Of a stretch of DNA of 64,000 bases, positions 36,041 through 47,559 are shown piece after piece. Made by a program: the position numbers and the translations under genes. A model generated the notes under the pieces. It saw nothing but the letters and a program-made list of their open reading frames with translations. It made no database searches and was not told where the DNA came from. The first letter of the stretch is position 1; every line of letters starts with the position of its first letter. This DNA comes from Mustelus asterias (lineage: Eukaryota), in NCBI RefSeq assembly GCF_964213995.1, contig NC_135808.1, positions 101,990,001 to 102,054,000 of the forward strand. The letters run 5' to 3'.

Positions 36041-38318
36041 TGCCCTGCCAACCAGAAAATGATGCACGTAGGCCTACCCTCCATTATCTTTTAGCTAACC
36101 AATATTCACCTGGAAGATGCACTGCAGCAATTTGCCGAGGTTCCTTTGGAAGCACCTTCCAAACCCATAACCGCTACCATCTAGCACAAGGGTCTCCAAA
36201 CTTTTCAGTATGAGGGCCACATCGTATATTTTACACATTTTCGGGGGCCAAAGAAAAAAAATTAGTTTTATAAATGAATGAATAACATTTAAATGAATGA
36301 ATAAGTTTTATTTGGATCATCTTTGTAATCAGCATGATATGATTCAGAACAAAAGAGAAATGTGACAATTACAAAGCAACAATGCCGTACTTACACTGAG
36401 AAATGATATATAATGAGTAAAAATGTCAAACATTAGCAAATGCTCTGACAAAATAATCAATTACTTAACTGCAGATGAGAAAAGCAGGCTATTCATTTTT
36501 TAATTAATTTTATTTACTGAAATTTTACAAATGTTTACTTGAAATGAGAATTTGCCCAATTTTGTGGCACACAATAAACACGCCCCAAGAAAGAACTTCA
36601 GTAAAACAAAGCAAAGAAATTCAAAATAAACTTGAACCATTAATAAAGGTCAAACAAAAATAAATTTAGTCTGCACCTTTCTACACAATTCTGGCAATTG
36701 GAGTTTTCAATCGTAACCAACAAATCATGAAGTTTTGCACAAGATTAATGGGAATGATGGAACTGCTTTTTAAATTTCAAAATATTGCTGAACTGAGGTT
36801 TCAAGCTTAAGGAGCCAATTATTAGAATGGACTTCAAATGCTCATCAGATAAATTTGCTCGATATTTGGACTTGACATACTTCATTTTTGAAAATGTTTG
36901 CTCACACAGGTACGTTGTACCAAAAACTGATACAAATCCACAAGCAAATCGCTTCAAATTTGGAAACTGCTCAGGCTGCAAAGATTTATAAAATTGGATC
37001 AGATTTCCTTCTTTATACTTGTCTTTCAGCATGTCATCTGATTGGAGATTAATAATTTCCATTTGAAACTGACTTGGGAGTGTTTCAACATTGCAGCCAA
37101 ATGGATTTTGAAACAACTTTATTTCATCTGTGTTTCCATCAAGATCAGAAAATCGTTCCTGAAATTGTTTTTGCAAGTCCTTAATGATTTCTGTTGCAAA
37201 TTAAGAAGGAAATTCTGCTTCACTTTCTTCATGAAATTTTTCACAACATGGAAAATGAACCAAGTTATGAACTTTCAGCTGTCCTTGAAATAGCATCAGT
37301 TTTGCCCTGAATGCCTTGACATGCGCGAATAGATCACAAATCAAATTTGTTTCACCTTGCAACTTCAGATTCAATTGATTCATATGGCCTGTCACGTCTG
37401 CAAAAATGCCAATTTCCAAAGCCAGTCAGTATTTGATAAAAGTGATTCGAGTCGATTCTTCTCTGTGAGAAAGGAATCAATTTCCTCTCTGAGCTGAAAG
37501 AACCGTCATAGAACCTTTCCATAACTAAGCCATCGAACTGCTGTATAATAAGGCGTCACCAAACTCAGAACCAGTTTCTTTCAGAAAATCACAAAACTGG
37601 CAATGATTAAGCCCGTGAGATCGAATGAAATTCACTGTTGAAACAACAGGTTTCAGAACACAAGATATATCCACATATTTTCCGCACAATGCTTGTTGAT
37701 GAATAATGCAATGCAGAAACATGGGCTTTGAGAATCCACCAACCTCACAAGCTTTTGTGATTTGTCCAACCAAATCTTTCTTCACCCCAGACATGTTCTT
37801 TCCTCCATCAATTGTCACGCATTGCAGTTTATTCCACTCCAGGTTATAATCTAACACAGTTTTTTGCAATTCTTTGAAGATGTCTTCTCCAGTTACTGTG
37901 CTGTGCATGCTATGCACTGATGCTAATTCTTGTGTCACATTAAATTCACTGTCGATGCCACAGATGAATACTAGGAGTTGTGATGTGTCACACACATCAG
38001 TCGATTCATCAAGTGCGAGAGATTACAATTGAAAATTTCTTGCTTTGTCTGCAATTTGATGAAATATATTGCTTCCTATATCCTCAATTCTACGAGCAAC
38101 AGTATTTGGCACAAGACTGATGATTTTGAACATATTTGCTTTTTCTGGGCATAACTCTTCCACTGATTCCATTATACACTCTTTGATGAGATCTCCATCG
38201 GTGAATGGCTTTCCTCTTTTATGATGTGGAGATGCCGGCGTTGGACTGGGGTAAACACAGTAACAAGTTTAACAACACCAGGTTAAAGTCCAACAGGTTT
38301 ATTTGGTAGCAAAAGCCA

Positions 38319-38355
38319 CACAAGCTTTCGGAGCTGCAAGCCCCTTCTTCAGGTG
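38319..38355 (-). ncRNA. Minimal hammerhead ribozyme motif (antisense arm)
   Basis: Reverse complement of 38473-38509. Confidence 0.62.
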
Positions 38356-38472
38356 AGTGGGAATTCTGTTCACAAACAGAGCATATAAAGACACAGACTC
38401 AATTTACAACCATTATTCATGTAAATTGAGTCTGTGTCTTTATATGCTCTGTTTGTGAACAGAATTCCCACT

Positions 38473-38509
38473 CACCTGAAGAAGGGGCTTGCAGCTCCGA
38501 AAGCTTGTG
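38473..38509 (+). ncRNA. Minimal hammerhead ribozyme motif
   Basis: CAC-CUGAAGA-A-GGGGC-UUGCA-GCUCC-GAAA-GCUU-GUG; activity untested. Confidence 0.62.
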
Positions 38510-39721
38510 TGGCTTTTGCTACCAAATAAACCTGTTGGACTTTAACCTGGTGTTGTTAAACTTGTTACTGTGTTTCCTCTTTTAGCCAACACATAAGCTA
38601 GTTTGTAACTGGCCCTGGTTAAAGCTTCATTTTCAGTTACCTTCTGCATAAAAAAAGCTTGTTGGGAAAGCAACCTGCGTTGCATTGATTCAAATTTTTA
38701 CGAACGCTGTGTTCCTGTGAATTGGGAATAACTTGGTTCATGTTTGGTCTCATAGTGCCGACATACATTGTACTCCTTCAAAACTGCAACAGTTTTGCTG
38801 CATATGACACACAAGGCTTTATCACCTGCTTGTACAAAGATGTACTTTACACCCCATTCTTCATTAAACAGGCGGCACTCACTGTCCACTTTTCTTTTCT
38901 TTTTTCCTTCCATAACTGAATTGGTCTGAATTGCCGCCAAAATTGTCATTGTTCTCGCTCATTTCAGACAGATGGAGCTTACGGATTGGATAAAGCAGCT
39001 GTCACTCAGTCAATGCAGAGCGGCAATTGGATAACAGATGTCTCAATTGCTGATTCGTTTAATGAACTGTCAGTCACAGGACGGCAGCTCTGATTGGACA
39101 ATAGGCCGGTAAAGAGGGCGGGGATTCCCATGGGTCCATCAGACACCGCGTGGAGCAGCGTTCCCCCATCCGGATCCTGAGTCAGCGGCGGGGTTCCGGA
39201 TGCGGGAGTGTTTTCGGCAGCGGGAATCCTGTCCCGCCCCACTGGCTGCGGGCCAGATGTTAGCCCGCTGCGGACCGGATGTGGCCCGCGGGCCGTAGGT
39301 TGGAGACCCCTGATCTAGAAGGACAAGGACAGCAGAGAAGTGGAGATATTGGCAGCTGCAAATTCCCCCCTGAGCAACACACCATCCTGACTTGGAAATA
39401 TATCACCACTCCTTCACTATCACTGGGTTAAAATCCTGAAACTACCCACTATCAGCACTGTGGTTGTACCTACACCACATAGAGTGCAGTGGTTCAAGAA
39501 AAGAGCTCACCACTGCCTTACCAAGTGTAATTAGGGATGGGCAACAGATGCTGGCTTAGCTAGCAATGCCCACTTCCTCTGAAAGAATAAAAACAATTCC
39601 TCTCCCAGAAATGAAATGGCAAAATTTTACAGAAGGGGTTGCAGCCTCATTTTAATTGAGCCTTTGGATAATTTGCTGAAAATGTGCATTGACAAAGTAG
39701 ATCAGTTTGCCAATTGGTTAG

Positions 39722-40050
39722 TGTGGTGAACCATCGTTGGTTCCCACTAGGTAGTACTGAGCCAGGGTCTGGCCAGTACTACGAGTATGTATATATGTTG
39801 CTGTTGGGGTTAGGGATGGGTTGTTCTACTTGTTGCTGTTGGGGTTAGGGTTGGGCTGTTACACCTGTATTATAGTTATTATGGTACATCCCAGTCAGGC
39901 TCCGCCTCCTGGGAGAGGTATAAAGGTCACTGCTGTCTGGGACCCCTCAGTCTGGGATCGTGTACTATACATGGTAGCTTCGTTGTAATAGTAAATAAAA
40001 GCCTTTATTTCCTTGAGCATCTCAAGCCTCGTGTGTGATAACGCGCATCA
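39722..40050 (+). mobile_element. Solo LTR
   Basis: TG...CA, perfect 5-bp TSD GTTAG, TATAAA at ~39919, AATAAA at ~39994. Confidence 0.88.
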
Positions 40051-41134
40051 GTTAGCAAGTGTGAAAGCTGCCTCGGAGGTGACAATGAGGTCCAATGCCT
40101 ATTTTCTGAGACAGTGAGTGAGTTTCAGGCTCATCCCACAATCCACCCAACCAAAACCCCCTCAGAAGTCAAACTGGGGCCTGGGAATCAAACTACTCTG
40201 TATGGCTTTGCCAGTAGATAAACTTAATATTGTTTTAAAATCTAATACTGTCCAAATGAGTTAAACCTGTGGCAGGTATTAAAATTAGAGCTCTGCACAT
40301 TAGGCCCATAACGATTCTATCGTCAAACTATACTGGCAATTTGCTAAAAATAATTTTCCTTACATCTTCATCAAAATCTTACACTTATCTCAAAGAAATA
40401 ATGATATAAGAATTAGAACATTTTTTTATCTTTCATTGTCGGGTTTGGTGTTTACATATAAAACTACAATATCCCTCTTAGAGATCATTCTTTCAGTGTA
40501 CCAAAGTTTGCTGAGGACAGGGGATGTTACAATTGAGGACATTATTTGTATTATCCTTGCTACATTTAATGCAACTGAAACCTGATATGGAAATACATAG
40601 AAGTTGTAATATGAAAGCAGAGTATTCAGTCCAAAAAGTCCTTGTGAGCGTTTACACTCTAAACAAACAAATAATCCTAAATTCATTAATCAGCCTGTTC
40701 CCTTATCCCTTTAACCTCTTTTCTTTCAAAACTCTTTTCAATGTATCCTCATAACTGATCATCTAACTACTCCTTCGGCTTGACATGAAGGCGAGAGGAG
40801 TTTGTTGCAATAGCCCGTGAAGATTAACCATGCTGCTCTATCTTCTGTAGGTTTAAGATTGGACTCTGTTTTTGAGTTTGTCAAACTAGGCCATAATCAA
40901 ATCAACAGAAAATTCTCATTTTATAAGCCATTATTTACAGCAATTATTTTAATAAATGGATATATTGTTATCCAACAATATTTCATGTAGCCAGAGTGCT
41001 GTAGCTGCAAAGCATTCCAATTTGTAGGCATTATTGATATTTTGTGAAAGAGGATTATCTGAATTACTCACAAATATCCATCTATCCAGTCATTCATATG
41101 TTTTAAGAGTTTAAGTCACATAGAACCAGTGCCG

Positions 41135-41270
41135 GCAAAAGCAGAAAATGCTGGAAAATCTCAGGTCTGTCATCATCTGTCTCTCCACAGATGCTGTCCG
41201 ATCTGCTGAGATTTTCCAGCATTTTCTGTTTTTGTTTCAAGATTCCAGCATCCGCCGTCTTTTGCTTTGA
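41135..41270. mobile_element. Short Penelope pLTR-derived fold-back
   Basis: CAGAAAATGCTGGAAAATCTCAG ... CTGAGATTTTCCAGCATTTTCTG. Confidence 0.65.
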
Positions 41271-41487
41271 ACCATCGCCTATGTTGTGGATGAGTCAACA
41301 TGCGTCAGCCTAAGGGCATACATCGGTAAACTTCTTTGCTGTCACTTTGATTACTCTGAATCTAGTTGAGTAGCTCTGCATCCTACCTGAAAATCACTTT
41401 CTGCTTCTCAATCAACTAACTATCAATGTTTTATTTCTGCTTAGGTCAATTAATGTGTCCATTTTCTCAATGAATCTTTCTTTTATT

Positions 41488-41794
41488 AAAAGTAAATTAC
41501 TGCGGATGTTGGAATCTGAAACCAGAAAGGAAAATGCTGGAAAATCTCAGCAGGTCTGGCAGCATCTGTAAGGAGAGAAAAGAGCTGATGCTTCGAGTCC
41601 AGATGACCCTTTGTCAAAGCTGAAAGGTATAGAAAGTGGGAGATATTTATACTGTAGGGTGAGAGAATGAAAGTTGAGTCATAGCCACAAAAACAACGGA
41701 AAGGCTGCTAATGGCAGTCCATAGAGAGAATAGAAGGTGTGAATGGCCAAACTCTGCCGTTCTCTGCCGTTTGGCCATTCACACCTTCTATTCT
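41488..41794 (-). mobile_element. Penelope pLTR-derived fragment with terminal inversion
   Basis: Homologous to 1116-1245; perfect 26-bp inverted repeat 41727-41752 / 41769-41794. Confidence 0.68.
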
Positions 41795-43491
41795 AACATA
41801 TGGTCATTTTGTCAAGGTACCAGAGGAAAGCTGCACCCGAGCATACAAAAATAATATCGATTTTCTATTCATAATCACCTGATTTCTGATGTGAATCAAA
41901 GATCCAAGCATAAAATTAAACAGAAATCAGTTACACTGTGGTTTAGACAAAATAGTGCTAAATACCTGATTCTGGAAGTCCCAGCCCCAAACACAGCACC
42001 CACCATTTTCATGGGAGGGATGGGTTGTAGCTTTTACATCCCTGATTCATGGAAGGAGCTGCACATTGAAAAGTACAGCTGCCTTCAAACAAATCTAATT
42101 TTCATTAGCGAGATGTCTAAATGTGAGCTTTGGACTTGGAGGAAAAGGTCTAAAGCTACCAAAGTTATTTGGAGAGGTAGAGTATGCCTTTTGGGTTGGC
42201 CTAGGTACCCCTTTGGAGAGATAAGATACCCTTTGCAAAAAGTAAAGTGCCCTTTGGGATTGGTAAGAGTAGACATGAGTGTGTGTAAAATGTGGACAAG
42301 CTCTATAGAACTGTCAAACTTCCAAGGCATTTAAATCTCCTGCCCTTGAATTTAAATAAAACAGTCTAAAGTTTTTTTTAAATCAGCTCTTCCAATTTTG
42401 TTATGTCTATTAACATAAACCTAAGGATTATCATTATAGGATTAGAGCTACATGACTGATTCCACAACCTATCATTATCACAATGGGATGCCTGTTAGTT
42501 CACAGTTTGATTAACAGTCTTGTGCGGCTATGAAATCTTTGATTTTTGGGCAGTGAATATAAATGTTTGTTTAATAAAGGATTAAGTACTTGAATTAAAG
42601 ATTTGTTCTTATAAGGGATTAAGTAATTGAAGGATATTTAAATGAGTGTGCTTTTAAAAAACATTATAAAGTCTACAAGGAATACTTAGAACTTTATTTC
42701 ATCTCAGCATGGTTCTTAAGTTCTTCCCAAGGTCGATACTGGATGAGTTGACACGGAGGGTGCATGGGAAAAGGATGGTGGGTGGGGAGCATGGATTGGC
42801 AGCAATTGGCACCAAGTTGATATGGAGGGCATGAAAGACCATGGGGGTGGATAGATGTGGCATAGGTTAACATGGAAATTTTGAGGGACCATGCATAGTT
42901 GGTGGAATCCTGGGGCTCTGAGGTGGGCCTTTCACACACCCACTTCTGCCGCTGGCAGCTCCTATGTTTGCCTCTGAGTTCTTTCTGGGGTGGTGGTGGG
43001 CCCAATTCCCATTGACCACCCTATTCCACCCCCTCCCATAAACCCCCACAGCCAAAATCTAAATTAGAATAATTGGGGCACTTTCTTCTTGTTGCGTTTG
43101 CGGAGTGGGGAGTTTTCTGACTCAAGAACAAAGATTTGGCCTTGTGCCTCCATTCACATTACATTTCCTCATTGTTCCACAGGAGCAGGCTGAGGGTAAG
43201 GCAGTGTGTTTGTGCATGTGATTTATTTATTTATTTTTCAGTTAAATTTGCGTTAAAAATCGGAGGTTTTTTAAAATCCAAAACAGGAAGGAGGCCCAGG
43301 AGAAGCCTGGGGAGGTTTTTGGAGGGTTTAAAAGCAGGCCACAATTTTGAGCGGGCAGCGTCGGGAGCGGGCAGCAGAGTGAGCAGGGAGTAGAGTGTGA
43401 GCTGTAAGGGCTTTGGCTCACAGGGCTTCGGGGAAAGGGCGAAGTGGAGTACGTTTTTTTTTCTACATTCCTATAAAGGAAAAGGGTAGCT

Positions 43492-44496
43492 ATGAGTGAT
43501 AGGCCAGTTTGCTGCTTTCGGTGTGGGATGTGGGAGTTCCCGAAAACACCTAGCTGCCCGGAGGTTCACATTTGCGCCAGGTGCGTGGAACTGCAGCTCC
43601 TGAGGGACCACGTCAGGGAACTGGAGCAGCGGCTTGATGACCTTAGTCCAGTCAGGGAGAATGAGAGACAAATAGACATGAGTTATAGGCAAGTAGTTAC
43701 ACCGGGGCCTCAGGGGGAAGACACGTGGGTTACAGTTAGGAGGAGTAAAGGCCATAAGGGTAACGTACCAGAGAATACTCCAGTGGCTGTCCAGGGCTTG
43801 GCGACAGGTGTGAGAGGGGAGGGGTGTGAGCAATTAGTGGTGGGGTCACCTGTGGTTGTCCCCCTCCAAAACAGGTATATTGTTTTGGATAGTGTGGAGG
43901 AGGATGACTCTCCACGGGTAAGCCACAGTGACCAGGTCACTGGTACACAGTCAGGCTCTGTGGTCCGGAAAAGAAAGAGAGGGATTAGGAGAGCAATAGT
44001 GGTGGGGGATGCGTCGGTTAGAGGCACGGACAGGCGATTCTGTGGGTGCGAACGGGACTCCAGGATGGTAGTCTGCCTACCTGGGGCTGCGGTACAGGAT
44101 GTCTCCAAGCGGATAGGAGGCATATTAAAAGGGAAGGATAAAGAAACGGATGTCATTGTACACATTGGTGCGAATGACGTAGATAGGAAGAGCAGGGGGA
44201 TCCTACAAGAGCAATTCAGGGAGTTGGGAAATAGGCTAAAAAGTAGGGCCTCCAGGGTGGCAATCTCTGGGCTGCTCCCAATGCCTAGGGCCAGTGAGGC
44301 TAGGAATAAGGAGATAGTACAATTGAACGCTTGGCTAAAGGACTGGTCCAGGAGGGAGGGCTTCATATTCCTGGATCACTGGGAAGTTTTCAAGAGAGGA
44401 GGACACCTATACAAGGACGGGTCACAACTAAATTGGAAGGGCACAAATATCCTGGCTGGGAGTTTTGCTAGTGCAGTTCGGGTGGGTTTAAACTAA
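43492..44496 (+). CDS. CR1 ORF1p: zinc finger, coiled coil and SGNH/GDSL-like esterase (334 aa, open)
   Basis: CFRC...CARC, VRELEQRLDDL, IVVGDASVR, VHIGAND, KDGSQLN. Confidence 0.88.
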   Translation: MSDRPVCCFRCGMWEFPKTPSCPEVHICARCVELQLLRDHVRELEQRLDDLSPVRENERQIDMSYRQVVTPGPQGEDTWVTVRRSKGHKGNVPENTPVAVQGLATGVRGEGCEQLVVGSPVVVPLQNRYIVLDSVEEDDSPRVSHSDQVTGTQSGSVVRKRKRGIRRAIVVGDASVRGTDRRFCGCERDSRMVVCLPGAAVQDVSKRIGGILKGKDKETDVIVHIGANDVDRKSRGILQEQFRELGNRLKSRASRVAISGLLPMPRASEARNKEIVQLNAWLKDWSRREGFIFLDHWEVFKRGGHLYKDGSQLNWKGTNILAGSFASAVRVGLN

Positions 44497-47333
44497 TATG
44501 GCAGGGGGGTGGGGATCAAAAAATTAGGTCCACAAGTGTAGAGGCTGGGGATGAGCTTGGGGCCAGGACAAGGCTGGCAAAGAAGAAGAGCACTCTGGGG
44601 GAGGATGACCTCACTGGGCCTGAAGGTCTGGAGTGCATCTACTTCAATGCAAGGAGCGTAGCAGGTAAGACAGACGAACTTAGGGCCTTAATGCTCACGA
44701 GGAATTTGGATGTGGTTGCGGTGACAGAGACTTGGTTGAAAGAGGGACAGGACTGGCAGCTGAATATTCCGGGGTACAAGTATTTTAGGTGAGACAGAGG
44801 AGGGGCCAAAAGAGGTGGGGGAGTAGCAGTATTAGTCAGAGAGCATATTACAGCGGTGCAGAGGGAGGACAATTCAGAGGGGTCGTGTAACGAGTCACTG
44901 TGGGTGGAGCTCAGAAACAGGAAGGGCGCAGTCACTATGTTGGGGTTATACTACAGGCCCCCCAACAGCCCAAGGGAAGTGGAAGAACGGATATGTCAGG
45001 AGATAATGGATACATGCAGGAAAAATAGGGTTGTTGTAGTGGGAGACTTCAATTTCCCTGGTATAGACTGGAAATCGCATAGGGCTGGGAGTCTGAATGG
45101 GGAGGCATTTGTAAAATGCGTACAGGAAGGTTCTTTGGAACAATATGTAGACAGCCCGACTAGAGAGGGGACCTGGTACTGGGGAATGAGCCCAGTCAGG
45201 TCTTCAAAGTTTCGGTAGGGGAACATGTGGCAAATAGTGACCACAATTCTGTTAGCTTTAGGATAGTGATGGAAAAGGATGAGTGGTGTCCCAAGGGTAA
45301 GGTGTTGGATTGGGGGAAGGCTAACTTTAGTGGGATTAGACAGAAATTGGCAGCTCTTGATTGGGAGAGGCTGTTTGAGGGTAAATCCACATCTGGCATG
45401 TGGGAGTCTTTTAAGGAACAGTTGTTAGGGCTGCAGGATAAGCATGTGCCTGTAAAAAAGAAGGATAGGAGGGGTAGGATTCGAGAACCGTGGATAACCA
45501 GGGAAATTGAGCGATTGGTCATAAAGAAAAGAGAGGCGTACGTTAGGTCCAGGCAGCTAAAAACAGAGGGAGCTCTGGAGGAATACAAAGAAAGTAGGAA
45601 AGAACTCAAACGAGGAATTAGAAGATCAAAAAGGGGTCACGAAATGTCCTTGGCAGACAGGATTAAGGAGAATCCCAAGGCATTTTATTCATACGTTAGG
45701 AGCAAAAGGATTGTCAGGGAAAAAATCGGACCTCTCAGGGACAAAAGTGGGGAATTATGCTTGGAGCCCAAAGAAGTAGGGGAGATCCTAAATGAATACT
45801 TTGCGTCGGTATTCACAAAGGAGAGGGATGTGTTGACTGGGAGTGTCTCGGAGGGGAGTGTTGACCCGTTAGAAAATCTCCATTACAAGGGAGGAAGTTT
45901 TTTAGGGAATATAAAGACTGACAAACCCCCAGGGCCTGATGCAATCTATCCAAGGCTGCTCAGGGAGACGAGAGATGAAATCGCTGGGCCTCTGACGCAA
46001 ATCTTTGTCTCGTCACTGGACACAGGTGAGGTCCCAGAGGATTGGAGGATAGCTAATGTGGTCCCGTTATTTAAGAAGGGGAGGAAAGATAGCCCGGGAA
46101 ATTATAGGCCGGTGAGCTTGACGTCCATGGTCGGGAAGTTGTTGGAGAAGATTCTTAGAGATAGGATGTATGCGCATTTAGAAAGGAATAAACTCATTAA
46201 CGATAGTCAGCATGGTTTTGAGGGAGGTCATGCCTCACTAACCTGGTGGAGCTTTTTGAAGAAGTGACTAGAATGGTTGACGATGGAAGGGCCGTGGATG
46301 TCGTCTATATGGACTTTAGTAAGGCGTTTGACAAAGTCCCTCATGGTAGGCTGGTGCAAAAGGTTGGATCTCATGGGATAAAGGGGGAGGTGGCTAGATG
46401 GGTGGAGAACTGGCTTGGTCACAGAAGACAGAGGTTGGTAGTGGAAGGGTCTTTTTCCGGCTGGATGCCTGTGACTAATGGTGTTCCACAGGGCTCTGTA
46501 TTGGGACCTCTGCTGTTTGTGATTTATATAAACGATCTGGAAGAAGGTGTAACTGGGGTGATCAGTAAGTTTGCGGACGACACGAAAATGGCTGGACTTG
46601 CAGATAGTGAGGAACATTGTCAGAGGCTACAGAAGGATATAGATAGGCTGGAAATTTGGGCAAAGAAATGGCAGATGGAGTTCAATCCAGATAAATGCGA
46701 AGTGATGCATTTTGGTAGAACTAACGTAGGGGGGAGCTATACAATAAATGGCAGAACCATAAAGGGTGTAGATACGCAGAGGGACCTGGGTGTGCAAGTC
46801 CACAGATCCTTGAAGGTGACGTCTCAGGTGGAGAAGGTAGTGAAGAAGGCATATGGCATGCTTACCTTTATAGGACGGGGCATAGAGTATAAAAGTTGTT
46901 GCAGTTGTATAGAATGTTGGTTCGGCCGCATTTGGAATACTGCGCCCAGTTCTGGTCGCCACACTACCAGAAGGACGTGGAGGCTTTAGAGAGAGTGCAG
47001 AGGAGGTTTACCAGGTTGTTGCCTGGTATGGAAGGGCTTAGTTATGAGGAGAGATTGGATAAACTGGGGTTGTTCTCACTGGAAAGACGGAGGATGAGGG
47101 GTGACCTAATAGAGGTGTATAAAATTATGAAAGGCATAGATAGGGTGAACGGTGGGAAGCTTTTTCCCAGGTCGGTGGTGACGTTCACAAGGGGTCATAG
47201 GTTCAAGGTGAGGGGGGGGAGGTTTAACACGGATATCAGAAGGACGTATTTTACACAGAGGGTAGTGGGGGCCTGGAATGCGCTGTCAGGCAAGGTGGTG
47301 GAGGCGGACTGGGAACGTTTAAGACTTATCTAG
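44497..47333 (+). pseudogene. CR1 ORF2 (APE endonuclease plus RT), several frameshifts and a stop
   Basis: YFNARS, VTETW, YYRPP, VGDFN, SDHN, DFSKAFD, KFADD spread over four ORF pieces. Confidence 0.92.
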
Positions 47334-47559
47334 ATAGCCACATGAATGGAGTGGGAATGGAGGGATACAAAAGAATGGTCTAGTTTGGACCAGGGAGCGG
47401 CGCGGGCTTGGAGGGCCGAAGGGCCTGTTCCTGTGCTGTATTGTTCTTTGTTCTTTATTCAGGTGAATTTCTGGGTAAAAATCACAGCACTCTCTGTTGC
47501 CACTACTGCATCAGTTCTGGGTATGTGTTTGTGAGTGGAGGGGGGAATGGGGGACTGTG

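Larger units (their letters stand above)
38222..38572. mobile_element. Penelope pLTR fold-back insertion
   Basis: Arms 38253-38408 and 38420-38575 are reverse complements; flanked by direct repeat TTTCCTCTTTTA (38210-38221, 38573-38584). Confidence 0.9.
36745..38913 (-). pseudogene. hAT transposase (GTF2IRD2/SPIN-like), frameshifted and interrupted
   Basis: KKRKVDSECRLFNEEW...CVIC...RHYETKH, LALDESTD, TIDGGKNM, HCIIHQQALC, FGTTYLCEQTFSKMK; about 600 codons after removing the 363-bp insert. Confidence 0.9.
36187..39312 (-). mobile_element. hAT (Buster/Charlie; SPIN/OC1-like) DNA transposon, full length, inactivated
   Basis: TIRs CAAGGGTCTCCAAAC / GTTGGAGACCCCTG; 8-bp TSD ATCTAGCA / ATCTAGAA; transposase inside. 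Confidence 0.92.
36105..39590 (+). mobile_element. CR1/L2-group LINE 3' end split by the hAT transposon
   Basis: 36105-36186 and 39313-39590 join colinearly with 28860-29165. Confidence 0.75.
43230..47455 (+). mobile_element. Near full-length CR1 LINE
   Basis: 5' UTR, ORF1, ORF2 (APE plus RT), 3' UTR and (TTCTTTG)n tail; 5' boundary approximate. Confidence 0.93.

Noticed and set aside
36745-38913. Host gene GTF2IRD2/EPM2AIP1
   Set aside because: It has TIRs, a TSD, frameshifts and an insertion, so it is a transposon copy rather than a domesticated gene.
39796-39852. Interstitial telomeric repeat
   Set aside because: Only two isolated TTAGGG units inside an LTR direct repeat.
43710-44366. 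218-aa minus-strand ORF
   Set aside because: Antisense shadow of CR1 ORF1 with no recognisable domain.
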